Shown in pieces: positions 13,974 to 24,948 of a DNA stretch of 64,000 nucleotides. The position numbers were made by a program, and so were the translations under genes. The notes beneath the pieces are model-generated. The model did no database searches. It was not told where the DNA came from and saw only the letters and a list, made by a program, of their open reading frames with translations. Origin of the DNA: Vicugna vicugna (Eukaryota); contig MU058221.1 of NCBI GenBank assembly GCA_013265495.1, positions 2,418,001 through 2,482,000 of the forward strand. Direction: 5' to 3'. Numbering within the stretch: position 1 is the first letter of the stretch; every line of letters begins with the position of its first letter.

Positions 13974-14267
13974 CCTGTGGGAGGAGGCTGCTCTGGAACA
14001 GAGCGGACAAGGTGCGAGGCAGGCTTGGTAGCACCAAGAGGGTGGACCACTGGTTCCTGTGGGAAGCTGAGACGGGCTTGTGTGAAGAATTCCATTAAGG
14101 GGGCAGAGAAGAGAAACCACCACTCAGGGATAAGCAGGAACCAAACCTGGTTCCTTGAAAAGGGGCCTTATCCTCGGGAGCAGAGTAGGCAGGGGACTGG
14201 CGGTCAGGTAATTTGAGACCCTCCCAGTTTCCCCCAGATGTCAAGGTAGCCTATAAAACTGGGTGTC
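13826..14267. mobile_element. MER76-like ERVL LTR nested in Charlie1
   Basis: actcagggataagcaggaac...cctggttcc...ccttatcctcgggagcagagt...ccctcccagtttcccccagatgtcaaggtagc matches recalled MER76. Confidence 0.6.
13941..13972 (+). repeat. (CA)n microsatellite
   Basis: Directly visible CA run with one interruption. Confidence 0.95.
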
Positions 14268-14519
14268 ACATCATGCTGTGCACCAGAAATTGACACACTG
14301 TAACTGACTATACTTCAGCTAAAAAAAAAATACTGTCTATAAAACAGCTAAACAACAAGGTCCTCTGTATACAGGCAACTATATTCAATAGCTTGTAATA
14401 TCCTATGGTGAAAAAAGATATGAAAAAGTATGTGTGTGTATGTATATAAATAAATGAATCACTGTGCTGTACACCAGAGACTAACACAGCATTGTCAATT
14501 AACTATTAATTTTAAAAAA
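14268..14519 (+). mobile_element. Two tandem short L1 3' tails (14268-14330 and 14331-14519)
   Basis: Each ends with tgctgt(g/a)caccaga(a/g)a..(g/a)acaca...actat followed by an A tail. Confidence 0.8.
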
Positions 14520-15519
14520 TGCTTAATAAAATAGGGTTTTGTTTTATACTTATACTATAGTATTGCATGTTAATGTAAATAACCTTTTTATGGGAAACAA
14601 ACGAGCAAAACTATTGAAAAGAGTAGCTTTGTACCAATCTCTTTACTGCCTGGCTTCATAGAAGACGGCTGAGTCTCAGGGCCGCTTCTGCCGTCTGTCT
14701 GTGGCAATGCGCTGTTTTCCTTTAAGTATGTACAGAAAGGGTGGCCTCTTGTAGATACGCAGTTAGAAAAGAGAGCACTTTCCAGAACCTCCGCCCACAA
14801 GGGTCTTGAGGAATCTCGGGGGTCCTCAGATCACACTTGGAGGACTGCTGACCTAGAACGTCTCCCGTCACTGTGGCTGAGGACAAGACAGATGGGGACT
14901 TATCCTCCAGCCCTTTGGTGCCTCGACTCGGCAAGGACCTGAGTCACTTACACGTTACCCGTTGCGTGGAACTCATAACAGATCCTTAACTTTGAGGGTG
15001 TCTGGGAAATAAGAGAAAACAGATGGAATATTTGTCGGGAACCTCTGTCTCTACCATGAAACTGTCAACTTGGTAATATTTCTTGGTGGCATCGTTTCCC
15101 TCCTCGCATGCTTGCAAATGACCTGTTCTTTTCCTGAAATGCTGGCCTGCAGGTAAGGGAATCAGACTCAGTGGGAGTTAGTTCAGAAGGTGGGATACCA
15201 GGCAGGGCTGAGGCTGGTGGCAAGACTTGAGCTGCCCTCAGTGCCCGCGTGACTCTTCACTCTTGGTTGTTGTATCTTTCTCTCGCTCTCTCTCTGCTGT
15301 AGCTGTGCCCTTCTAGGATATTCTGAACCCTCCTAAAATTAATTGGTCCTGGATATCTTTTCCCTTCGATTTGGATCTAGAGTTCATGGTTTTCCAGCCA
15401 GCCCGCTCATACGACCTGTTCCCTCAGAGCTCTTCTTGGTTGTCAGGTAGAGATGATGCACCTTGGGCTTCTGGAACTGTCTGTGTCCATGCCTGCCTGG
15501 GAGCCTCTCCACCAGTCTT

Positions 15520-15705
15520 CTTCTACTCAATGCTTTAGGCCACTACTGGCCAAATCTTCGTGTCCGTATGAATCACTTGGAGGGCTGCCTGGAAATGCAC
15601 ATTCTCATTTAGTAGGTCTGGGGGTTGCTGAGATTCTGCATTTCTGAGAGAAGCTTCAAAGTGATGCACATGCTGCTGGTCCTGGACCACACCTTGAATG
15701 ATAAG
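15520..15705. mobile_element. MER5-family (hAT-Charlie) element
   Basis: gaatcacttggagggct...tagtaggtctgggggt...ctgagattctgcatttct...gtgatgc...gctgctggtcc.ggaccacac. Confidence 0.75.
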
Positions 15706-17664
15706 ACTAAGTTTAATCACACATGCTCTGGGAGGACCATTCCTCTTGATGGTTTGTGTCTTATTTCAGAAGAGACTTTAGCCTCTTGTTTACCTCCAGC
15801 CAGCTCTTCAAAACTCATTGTGAATCCTGTCCACTGCAAACTCTGTATCACCAGCGTATCTGAAGATGTTAATAATTCAAGATGTAAACGTGATGGCTTT
15901 CAGTTTTTCTTATAGCTTCCCAGCACCTGGAAGGATGAATCCCCATTTCACAGTTGGCAATAACTCTTTTCACAGAATTCATCAGAGTCTGTAATTTTTC
16001 AGTTGCTTTCATTCACTTTTTAAGTTAAAACTTTGACTTCTAACCTTGTAAGATTCAGTCTTCCGTTTGCTTCAGAGCTGGTCATCTCTCCCCTAGGGCA
16101 GCTGAGGCTAGAGGGGGGGAAAGGGGAAAAAAAGGGGATTTTGGTTTGGCTCTTACATATGGCCCCTTTCAGTCCTGGTGCTGGTGGGCTGGGGAGACTG
16201 GAGAGGGAACAGAAGAGAGAGACTTGTCACTTGCCTGGGCTGAGTTCCACGCTCTTGGGTGGCCATGACTCTGTGTGGGCTCACTGTCCAGGGACCCCGT
16301 GCAGATGGGTGGTGGGGACCACGTGCCCTGCGGATGAGCGGTGCGTCTTCCTGGTTGTGCTAACCCCTCTGCCTGCACCCCCTAGTTGGTAGCAGCCCTC
16401 CTAACCCTGGAACTGGAGCTCTCTTGGAAGCAGCGAGGTCCCCAAAGTTCTCAGGCCTTTGAACCTAGGCAAGGTCTAGGGTTCCTGCCTCTCCAGAATG
16501 AGGAACTCAGCGGGAGGAGAGGGAGTCTGCGCTTCTTTGTCTGCGCCTCCCCACCACGTCTTCTGTCTCCAGTCCTGCTTTTCTCATTCTGCGGGTGCAA
16601 GTGCGGGTGAGCGAGCCCGCTGGCTGAGTGCGCATATAGCAAGAAGGGACTGAATGCACATCTGTCCTTGATGCAGTATTCCCAGGTGGTCCTCTTGGTC
16701 TCTGGGTAGGAAAACACGATCTTCCGTTCCACAAGTGGGGAGGAGTGAAGCAAAGAGCTGCTTTTAATGAAAACTGCAATTTCCAAAAATGCTCCCACCT
16801 TTCTCCCCACTGGCATTTATGTGGAGCAGGAAGGCGGAGGGCTGCTTTGTGTGAGGGGTGATTCATGTGCAGTTCTCAGTAAGCTCAGCCAGAATGGGAA
16901 GGTCCCCTTGGTGGTGGGTCCCTAAGTGTCATCATGGGGCCTTAAACGTGATTGTAAGATGACTGGAAATACCCCAGGTGACCTCCCGTTAGATGTGTGT
17001 CTGCGTCGCATCAGATCAGGTCAGCAGGCAAGTGAAGATTCGTGACCATTTTTTTGTGTGTTTGTTTATCAAAACCATATCGAGCAGAGCTTTGGGCGGA
17101 TGAACGGTTTCTTTCCTTTTTTTTTTTTTTCCTCAGCTGTTCTGGTGATGTGGACACTGCCAGAATCAGGCCCAGGGAAGGTAGTTCTTCTAATCTGCTA
17201 ACACCTGCTGTGTCTGAGGATGTGTGATGCAACCACAGGGAGAAACGGACACTTTAAAAAGGAGACGGTGCATCTGTGACATTTGCTCTCACTTTATACC
17301 TTTGCTTTCACAGATGCGCGTGTCCGCAGTCTCTTGGTACCTCCACCCCAGGGATGCAGCTGCCCGAGCTGATGAGTGTGGGGCTGTGCTGTCTCCGCCG
17401 GGGGCATCCTTCCCTGATGGACGCTCAGGCGCCAAGACCGGGCAGAACGTTCAACAGTCTTTTTCTTTTTCTTCTTTTAATTGCCATTGCAATTCCGGCT
17501 CTCTTATAATCAGATTTATTTTTCTTTCTATGCTATGTAGTTTGCTGGACCTCTCATGAGATTTCGAATATGAGATGGGCCCATCAATCATTTAGTTAAA
17601 AAGCTAATTTTTTTTTCTTTTTAAACTCAGCTACTTTATTCGGCATCTCTTCCCCGATGGGCTT

Positions 17665-17704
17665 TTTTTTTTTTAATTGAAGTATAGTCAGTTCCAGTGT
17701 GTCA
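17665..17704 (-). mobile_element. Ultra-short L1 3' tail
   Basis: T-run followed by aattgaagtatagtcagttccagtgtgtca; reverse complement matches the tail at 14295-14330. Confidence 0.7.
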
Positions 17705-17860
17705 CTTAGAGTCACGGATGTGAGATTAGAGGCTGCCTTCGAAAGTCATCTTTTTCAAAGGGGGAGCTTTGGTGCTTGGTTGGGGCCGTGTGTTATGCAG
17801 GTCTGTTGTCACAGGCTGGGTGGTTGATCAGTCCTGACCTCCCTGCTGCTGTCTCCCCTT

Positions 17861-17874
17861 CCTCCAGGGGGCGC
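17861..17874 (+). promoter_or_regulatory. CTCF-like core motif
   Basis: CCTCCAGGGGGCGC versus consensus CCASYAGRKGGCRS. Confidence 0.55.
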
Positions 17875-18069
17875 CTTTACATAGACTGCAACCCCAGGGT
17901 GGCCCAGGCATTGGGCGGGTGGAGGACCTGCCCGCTTCCCATGATGAATGCCTGTGGATGCGCAGACACTGTTGATCCAGAAATGTCAACAGCCTCTCCC
18001 CCTCTCATACATGCACACTTTTCCACTTGTCAGTAAGAGGTAGTCCTGATCTTGATTAAAATGACTGGA

Positions 18070-18180
18070 ACTTTCTCATTTTACAGCCATGGAAACTGAG
18101 GCCCAATCAAGAGGAGAAAATCAGTGGCAGATCGCGGTCTTTCCTGACTCCGTGGCTAGTGTGATTTTTACTGTAGCAGA
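18070..18180 (-). mobile_element. MIR fragment
   Basis: ctcattttacag..atggaaactgaggccca is the antisense MIR core. Confidence 0.6.
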
Positions 18181-19794
18181 ATTATCACCCATCTCTTTTT
18201 TTTTTTTTTTTTCCCTTTTCATATCTGAAGCACACCAAAACCATAAAAATACTGTGTGCAAAAAAAAAAAAAAAGCCGCTTCTCCTGATTTTCCTCTTTG
18301 ATAAATTCAGATTTCTGTGGCTGACATTTTATTTTAATGGTCCTTATCTGTGCTTTGAGGGAAGGTAAGCTTGAAAGCCAACCTTGTGTTCAGTGCTGCT
18401 TCAGACAAGTAAGTTTCATTTAATGAAATACACATTCCTCAGTTGCTCACTGATGCTGTTGGTAATATTGAATCTGCCAAAACGCATTGTATATTATCAC
18501 TCAGATACAAAATAACTTACGGCTTCAGCTCCCTGTGCATTTGTGCCGGAGTAAATCACTTGATATTTAAAAGAAGATATGACTGTTGTTTAATTTTTTA
18601 CTTTGCTTATTAGCTGTTTAAACATCAGTACAACTTCAGTGTCATTTGCTTTAGAGTAACTTTGCAATTAAAAAAATAAGATATGGAAGTGTGTGCTTCG
18701 TGGGTGTAGGATTGTGTGTGTAAAGGTATCACATGGGATTCCCCTGGGGAGATCTTAAGTCATTAGCACATCATCAATTTGTGACCTGTGCCTTATTTTT
18801 TGAAACAACCAAAAACCATTCAAGGCAAATTTTGTTGAATGAGATGGGTAAGAAAATTGGATTTTACTATTTGAGGGTTTAATAATAATAACAATAATAC
18901 TCTCCACCAAAAAGTTATTTTATAAAAGTAATCTCAAAGGAAATTCTGCAAAAAAAAAAAAAAACCCTCAACTGTGACAGCTTCATGAGGAAAGAAGGCA
19001 TAGAGAGGTTTGTTGTGATGTCTTTGAAGGAGACAGTCCTCCTTTGCCTTTGCACATTTTGTGTGTATTTGTTAGGAAACCAGCTGCATTAATTTTAGCA
19101 TGTCATTGACAGACACTTGCATATTTATTTTTATCTATACGTTAATATAGTCATTAAGTGTGATAAGATGATGATGATAATACTAACATTTAAATGTGTA
19201 TTATGTACCATCACGTACTCAGTGCTTCAGAGTTATTCTAGCTTTTTTTTTTTTTACAACATGAGACCATACAGTATTGAATCTTAGCTTCATTTGGCAG
19301 AGCAATTTCAACGATCTGCAAGGCTTGCGTGAATCAGGGACCTATTAGATGGAAGAGCAGTCTTAATGAAATACAATTTCAATACTGTGTTTTGTATCAA
19401 GCCTTAAACTGATCTAAAAGTGTGTGGACAAGAAGAGGTCTTTTGAGGACCTGCCTTAACGGATAGATTGCAGTTTGCAGTGAGAACCCCATGGATTGGG
19501 GTCTATCCAAAGTGCTTGAAAAGCTTGCACCTCTCTTTCCCATACTTTTGTTGGATGGACCCTGTCTCATGGAAAATGAAAAGATAAATCTCAGCTCAGT
19601 CATTTTAACTGAGTCTCAGTTGAGTTCATATAATTTAAAGGCTTAAGTAATTTTTTTCTCTGTTGCATTTAGGAAAGTCTGTTTCCCAGTGATTTGCTTT
19701 ATTCCGTACATTTAAAAGGTATGTAAGAAGTAACCTTAAAAATCCCGTCAGCACTTTCCAAAGTGAGTTTCCCGTAGAGTGGTTCTACACGCTC

Positions 19795-20610
19795 TTGTGT
19801 TAGTTTTGCTAATTACTCTGTGAACCAGTTACCCCAACAAATTAGCGGTTTACAACAATGATGTTTATCATCTCAGAAGTTTCTGTGAATCACTTATCTG
19901 GCTTAGCTGGATTTGGTGGCTCAAGGTGTTTCAAAAGGCTGCAAGCAAGGTCTTAGCTGGGGCTCCTGTCATGTTAAGGCTTGGCTTGGAGAGGACTCGC
20001 TTTCAAGTTCATTAACACGATTGTCGGCAGGCTCTAGTTCCCTGCTGACCACTGGCCACAGGCTATCTTCAGTTCCTTGTCAGCAGGGCTGTTCCATAGG
20101 TCAGCTCACAACATGGTGCATGGCTTCATCAGACCGAGCAAGTAAGGAGGCAAGAAAGGGAGTACTCAGAAGATGGAAATATTTTTCTATGTCAGTTTTT
20201 TATTAGAATACCCATTTTCTCCAAAGGAGAGAAAATTGACCAAGCAACAGTAGTTAAAAAGTTGGTTGTTGTGATATTAATACAGAACGTCAGTTTTGGC
20301 AAATACGCCTTTTTTGTACAGCTGGGTCTACTTTAATTCTTTTCTTTGTCCTTATCTTTTGGCTCCCTTTGCCCATTCTTCCACCCCCCCCCCACCTCTG
20401 GCAATCACTAATCTGTTCTCCGTACCTGTGAGTTTAGTAATTTATAACCTGATCTTGGAAGTGACACCCCATCGCTTTTGCCCTATTCTGTTCATTAGAA
20501 GCTAATCACTGGGGCCAGCCCTCACTCAAGGGGAGAGACTCCCCAAGTGCTTGAAAATCAGGAAGTGGTGGGGAATCACTGAGAGACGCTCAGAAGCGCT
20601 CTCTCACAGG
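19795..20610 (-). mobile_element. MLT1 (F/G-like) LTR interrupted by a ~260-bp insertion (~20178-20438)
   Basis: tgtgttagttt...ttacccca...ttagcggtttacaacaa at the left end; LTR similarity resumes at ttataacctgatcttggaagtgac after the insert. Confidence 0.75.
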
Positions 20611-21630
20611 TAGGAATGTTGAGAGTTTGAAGATCAGAAAAGACTGCAAAATTCCAGTATCTGTTCAGGTTCCCACAGCACCTTTCAGCGTCTTGAGCGT
20701 GTTAACTGCGTTGTGAGTCTCCACGCCGGAAGGGAAGGGGGCGGGGAATACGGTGGGGGTGATTCTCAGTCCTGTTTGTCCACTGAGTCCTTCTTGTTGA
20801 AGAGTGGCCTACTTGCCTGTCCTCCCTCAGAATATTTGCAGAACTGTTGCCCCACGTCGTCACTTGACGCGTGATGCTACCAGGACTGGAGAGCTGCCTT
20901 GGGGTTGCCTGTAAAGCGAGAGGCCACTGGGGGTGAAGCTCTGAGGCTCTTTCCACCTTGCTCAGTTGCCCCGGGTTTGTTTACGCCACCACTGTGATGA
21001 CTTCGGTTGGGTCACCTTCTGCATCATCTGCTGGAAGCGTAGCTTTATAAGTGAAAGTGTATGACTTCACGCCGAGTCCATCGGTAGTTGAGAGCCAGCC
21101 ATCACGCATACCAGCCCCTAGGTGGTGCTCTCCCTTCAGCCTCTGGGGACGGCAGAAACCTATCCGCCACTTACATTCCTAGCACCCTTCCCGCATCCTT
21201 GTAGGAGCTGAAAGGTCACCGGTATCCACTTAACTCTAGAAAGAAAGATGTTAGACCCTTCACACATCACCTTTAAAAAGGCTGTCAACTGCTGCTGGAA
21301 ACATCTTGACTCAAGGTTTTTTTTTACTTTTTGCCCATGTCTCTCCTTTAAAAATAAATCTTAATGCTGTGTTGCAGCAGTTCATGTATGGAAGGACTAC
21401 GTTACTTTTCAGCTTCTTGTCTGGGCATTTAATAGCCTTCTCAGAGGCCTAGACATCACGTGTCTGCATATCCTTCTCCAGTGCCGCCGAATGCAGTGTC
21501 TGGTGCATCCTTCTAAACGGATTCTGGTGCTTTGCGTTCCGAGTTGAATGTCACGGGCATGAAGGGCGGGAGGGCATCGGCATAGTAATTGATAGGTTTT
21601 AGTTACATGTCTGAACACATTAAGAATGTT

Positions 21631-21874
21631 CTTTTGGGGAGCCCTCCTACACTATTGGTGGGAACGTAATTTGGTGCAGCCATTAAGGAAATCAATATGG
21701 AAGTTCCTTAAAAATCTAAAAATGGGGTTACCATATGCTCTAGCAGTCCCACACCTGGACATATATCTGGAACTCTTAACTTGAAGAGATGCATGCACCC
21801 CAGTGTTTACAGCAGTCAAGACATAGAAGCAACCAAAATGTCCCTCAACAGATGACTGGATAAAGAAGATGTAG

Positions 21875-21918
<44 letters not shown>

Positions 21919-22395
21919 ACTACTCAGCCATAAAGAAAATGAAAGAATGCCATTTGCAGTAACATGAATGGACCTAGAGATGATCATACTAAGTGAAGTA
22001 GGTCAGACAGAGCAAGACAAATATACGACATCACTTCTATGTGGAATCTAAAATATGATACAAATGAACTTACTTACAAAACGGAAATACGCTCACATGC
22101 ATAGAAAGAAAAATTATGGTTACCAAAGGGGGAAAGGTTATGTAGAGATAAATTAGGAGTCTGGGATTAGCAGATACAAACTACTGTGTATAAAACAGAT
22201 AAACAACAAGGACCCAATGTATAGCACAGGGAACTATATTCAATATCTTATAACTTTTAATGAAAAATAGTGAAATATATATATATGTGTGTGTGTACAT
22301 ATATATGTATGTATGTATGTATATAGTGGAATAACTTTGATGGACACCAGAATCTAACACAACATTGTAAATCAACTATATTTCAATTTAAAAAA
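21631..22395 (+). mobile_element. 5'-truncated L1 (ORF2 end, 3'UTR, poly-A) with TSD AAGAATGTT
   Basis: Typical L1 3' sequence (ccctcctacactattggtgggaa...atggacctagaga..atcatactaagtgaagta). Identical 9-bp direct repeats at 21622-21630 and 22396-22404; TT/AAGA endonuclease-type target. Confidence 0.95.
21878..21916 (+). repeat. (CA)n microsatellite within L1
   Basis: Directly visible. Confidence 0.97.
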
Positions 22396-24127
22396 AAGAA
22401 TGTTTATGTGTGTTTCAGCCTGAAAATTATTCACTCTGTCATTCTCTGCCGCTTGTGAAAAGTATTTTGTGTGTCCCTAAAGATGGGGCAGAGGGGATAG
22501 AATGAAATGTTCAGATGTTTCGTATTTCTTTCATGCTGAACCTGCTTCTTTGCAGTCCCTGTGGATTAGGTTAAATCTTCTTTCGTGTAAATGCACGTGT
22601 GTTTCATTTATTGACGTATCTGTGTTTCTTCCTTCCTCATGCCTCCTGCAATTTTATTAGCCGTTCTTTCAGTAAAATGACCCCACCAGAAATCTAGGAA
22701 AGGATGGTCTTGGTGGAGTATTTATTGCCTTAGTACTAATGTATGCGAGGCTGGAGTACCCAGAATTTAACTAGATAAGGTATTGGAAACCGCAGTGAAT
22801 TACCAAGCTTGCTCCCAATGCTTTTGGAAATTATTTATCCATTAACACCTTTGGAAGGTGAGCAGACGCCTCCGTGTGCTCCTATGGGTTCATGGCCAAT
22901 TGGTATTGCAGTCCACATATTTCTATAAATTACACGCCTCAGTGCCTTAGAGAAAGTTAGAATAAAAACACTGGATCACTGACAGCAAACCGTATGCCTG
23001 GAGCTCCTGGTGACTTCAGCATTATCAGAATGTTGATAGCGTTACATCTGTTGTGTCTGAAAAGTGCCAGGATATGGTGCTAATTTATAATGGAGGAGGA
23101 GGAGGTGAGGAAAGATAAGGCAATGAATAATAGTGCACAGTTCGGAGATAGTGGACCAAATGGTAACTTGTAAGTTTTATGCACGCCGTGTGACAGAGTG
23201 CTGCCACAGACTTCTGGTTCGGTGTGTAAATCAACTGTGTGTGTTGCTCGTCCGCACGTCACATGGGCCTTTCCTTTCTGTCTTACAGAAGGCGCTTTTG
23301 TGATGTGGTCTTAGTCCGGGGCTTTGGGTGCAGAGGTGGGATAAAATAAGACCTCTGGCCCTATGAACTTTATAAGGCGAATGGCAGGGCATCAGGTAGA
23401 AAAGGAGAGGGAAAGAACATCGCAGAGGAAGAAGGGAGAGGAGGCAGGTGGCAGGGAACGGCAGAGAAAATGATGCTCACAGTTATCACAGATTCCGCTC
23501 AATTTTTAACACCTTAAATATCTACATCTTTGAGAAATTTAAACACTAAAAAAAAAAGGGGGCGTTTTCCCCCTTCATTTTCATTCCTTTCGCTCCCCTC
23601 CCCACCCCACTACCAATATGTGTTTTCCCTCCTTCCCTAAGTTCTCATTGCCAATTTACATTATATGATTAAGACCACTAGCCTGGACAGAGCATGCTGT
23701 GTACACAAAAAGCAGCAAACATCTCCAGGATGTGCAGATGCAGCCTTAAGGGCGGAGAGCGTCCGTACCTGTCTGTGGAATACTTCAACGTCCTGACAAG
23801 GCCCTCTGCCCCCACCCCTATTCTTTCTCTATCACTGGCTGTACTTTGAGAACAAAATTTTGGAAGTTCACCTCTTATCCCAAAGCTTTGGTCCGTGATA
23901 CAGTGAAACTGCGTATTGGAAGCTGGTGTCAGTCACTCCTATACTTATAATCCAGTGGGATTGTATCTTAGGCCCTTTTCTGAGTCTGAATATGTTGGTG
24001 TGAAATTCCTGGTGAGGGAGAAAAGTTGCAAGCTAAGAAGTGAGTAAAGGAGACACCTCTGCGCATGGCCTGACGGTGTGCCAAGACCTGAGCGCTTTGG
24101 GTCCCTAGACACGTCCAGCTGGTGGCT

Positions 24128-24625
24128 CTGTGTTCGTCTCCCACTGCTGCTGTCTCAAATTACCACGAGCTTGGTGACTTCCAACAACACGAAGTTACTG
24201 CCATCTGTGTCTGGAGATCGGAAGTCCAAAGTGAGTCTTATGGGGCTAAAATCAAGGTGCTGGCAGGGCTGCATTCCTTCTGGAGTCCCTGGGGAAGACC
24301 CCGATCCTTTGCCTTTCCCGGCTTCATGAGGCCATCCGCATTCCTTGACTCACGGCCCCCTTACCCCATCTTCCAAGCCAGCAGCCGTGGGCCAGGTCCT
24401 TCTCACTCTGCCGTCTCTGCAGGCGGGAAGGACACTGCGTCTTTCAGGACTTGTGGGGTTTAGACTGAGCCCACCTGGACAGGTGAGTTCGCATCCTAGT
24501 GGGACGCCTTTAATTTAATCACCTCCGTTAATCCTTTCTGCCAGGTAAGGTGACACAGTCAGAAACTCCCCAGATTAGGATGGGGCCGCCTTTGGAGAAG
24601 GGGGACGATCATCCTGCCTACCACA
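24128..24625 (-). mobile_element. MLT1 (C/D-like) solo LTR
   Basis: gctgctgt..caaattaccac...ctggagatcggaagtcc...ggggctaaaatcaaggtg.tggcagggctgcattccttctggag...ctgcctaccaca. Confidence 0.85.
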
Positions 24626-24934
24626 GGCACCAACTAGAAAAGAAACTCTTTCCGACCTCATGTGTCCCGTGCTGGTGGTCACTGTCTATTCAACGGCCTC
24701 GGTGAACAGCGCTACCAGGCCTGGTCAGATACTTCCACCAGCACGGAGCGCTGTTTCTCTGCTGTGACCAGTGGGAACCAGTTGCCTTGTCAGGTTTCAC
24801 GGCCAGTTTCCAGCGGAGATAGCCACAAGGGAAAGCTGAGTCCAGTCTTGGATTCCTTTCTGATGCTCTTGAAATCTGGTCCCCTCCCCCCCAACACAAG
24901 CCCGGGAGATTTTCACAGCAGTCATCAAGGCGGA

Positions 24935-24948
24935 CCTCCAGGGGGCAG
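24935..24948 (+). promoter_or_regulatory. CTCF-like core motif
   Basis: CCTCCAGGGGGCAG, with a partial upstream module (agcagt) starting 18 bp before the core. Confidence 0.55.

Larger units (their letters stand above)
13641..14850. mobile_element. Charlie1-like hAT DNA transposon remnant, split by nested insertions
   Basis: Left end cggtgattctca...attgagggtccc...cttttgtgtatgtggg...attaaaactgaga; right end gggtcctcagatcacacttggaggactgctg; both resemble Charlie1 termini. No 8-bp TSD recognisable. Confidence 0.65.

Noticed and set aside
17137..17180. Possible exon after a long poly-T acceptor (cctcag)
   Set aside because: Weak donor (gtagtt), 44 nt is not frame-preserving, and the peptide is unrecognised
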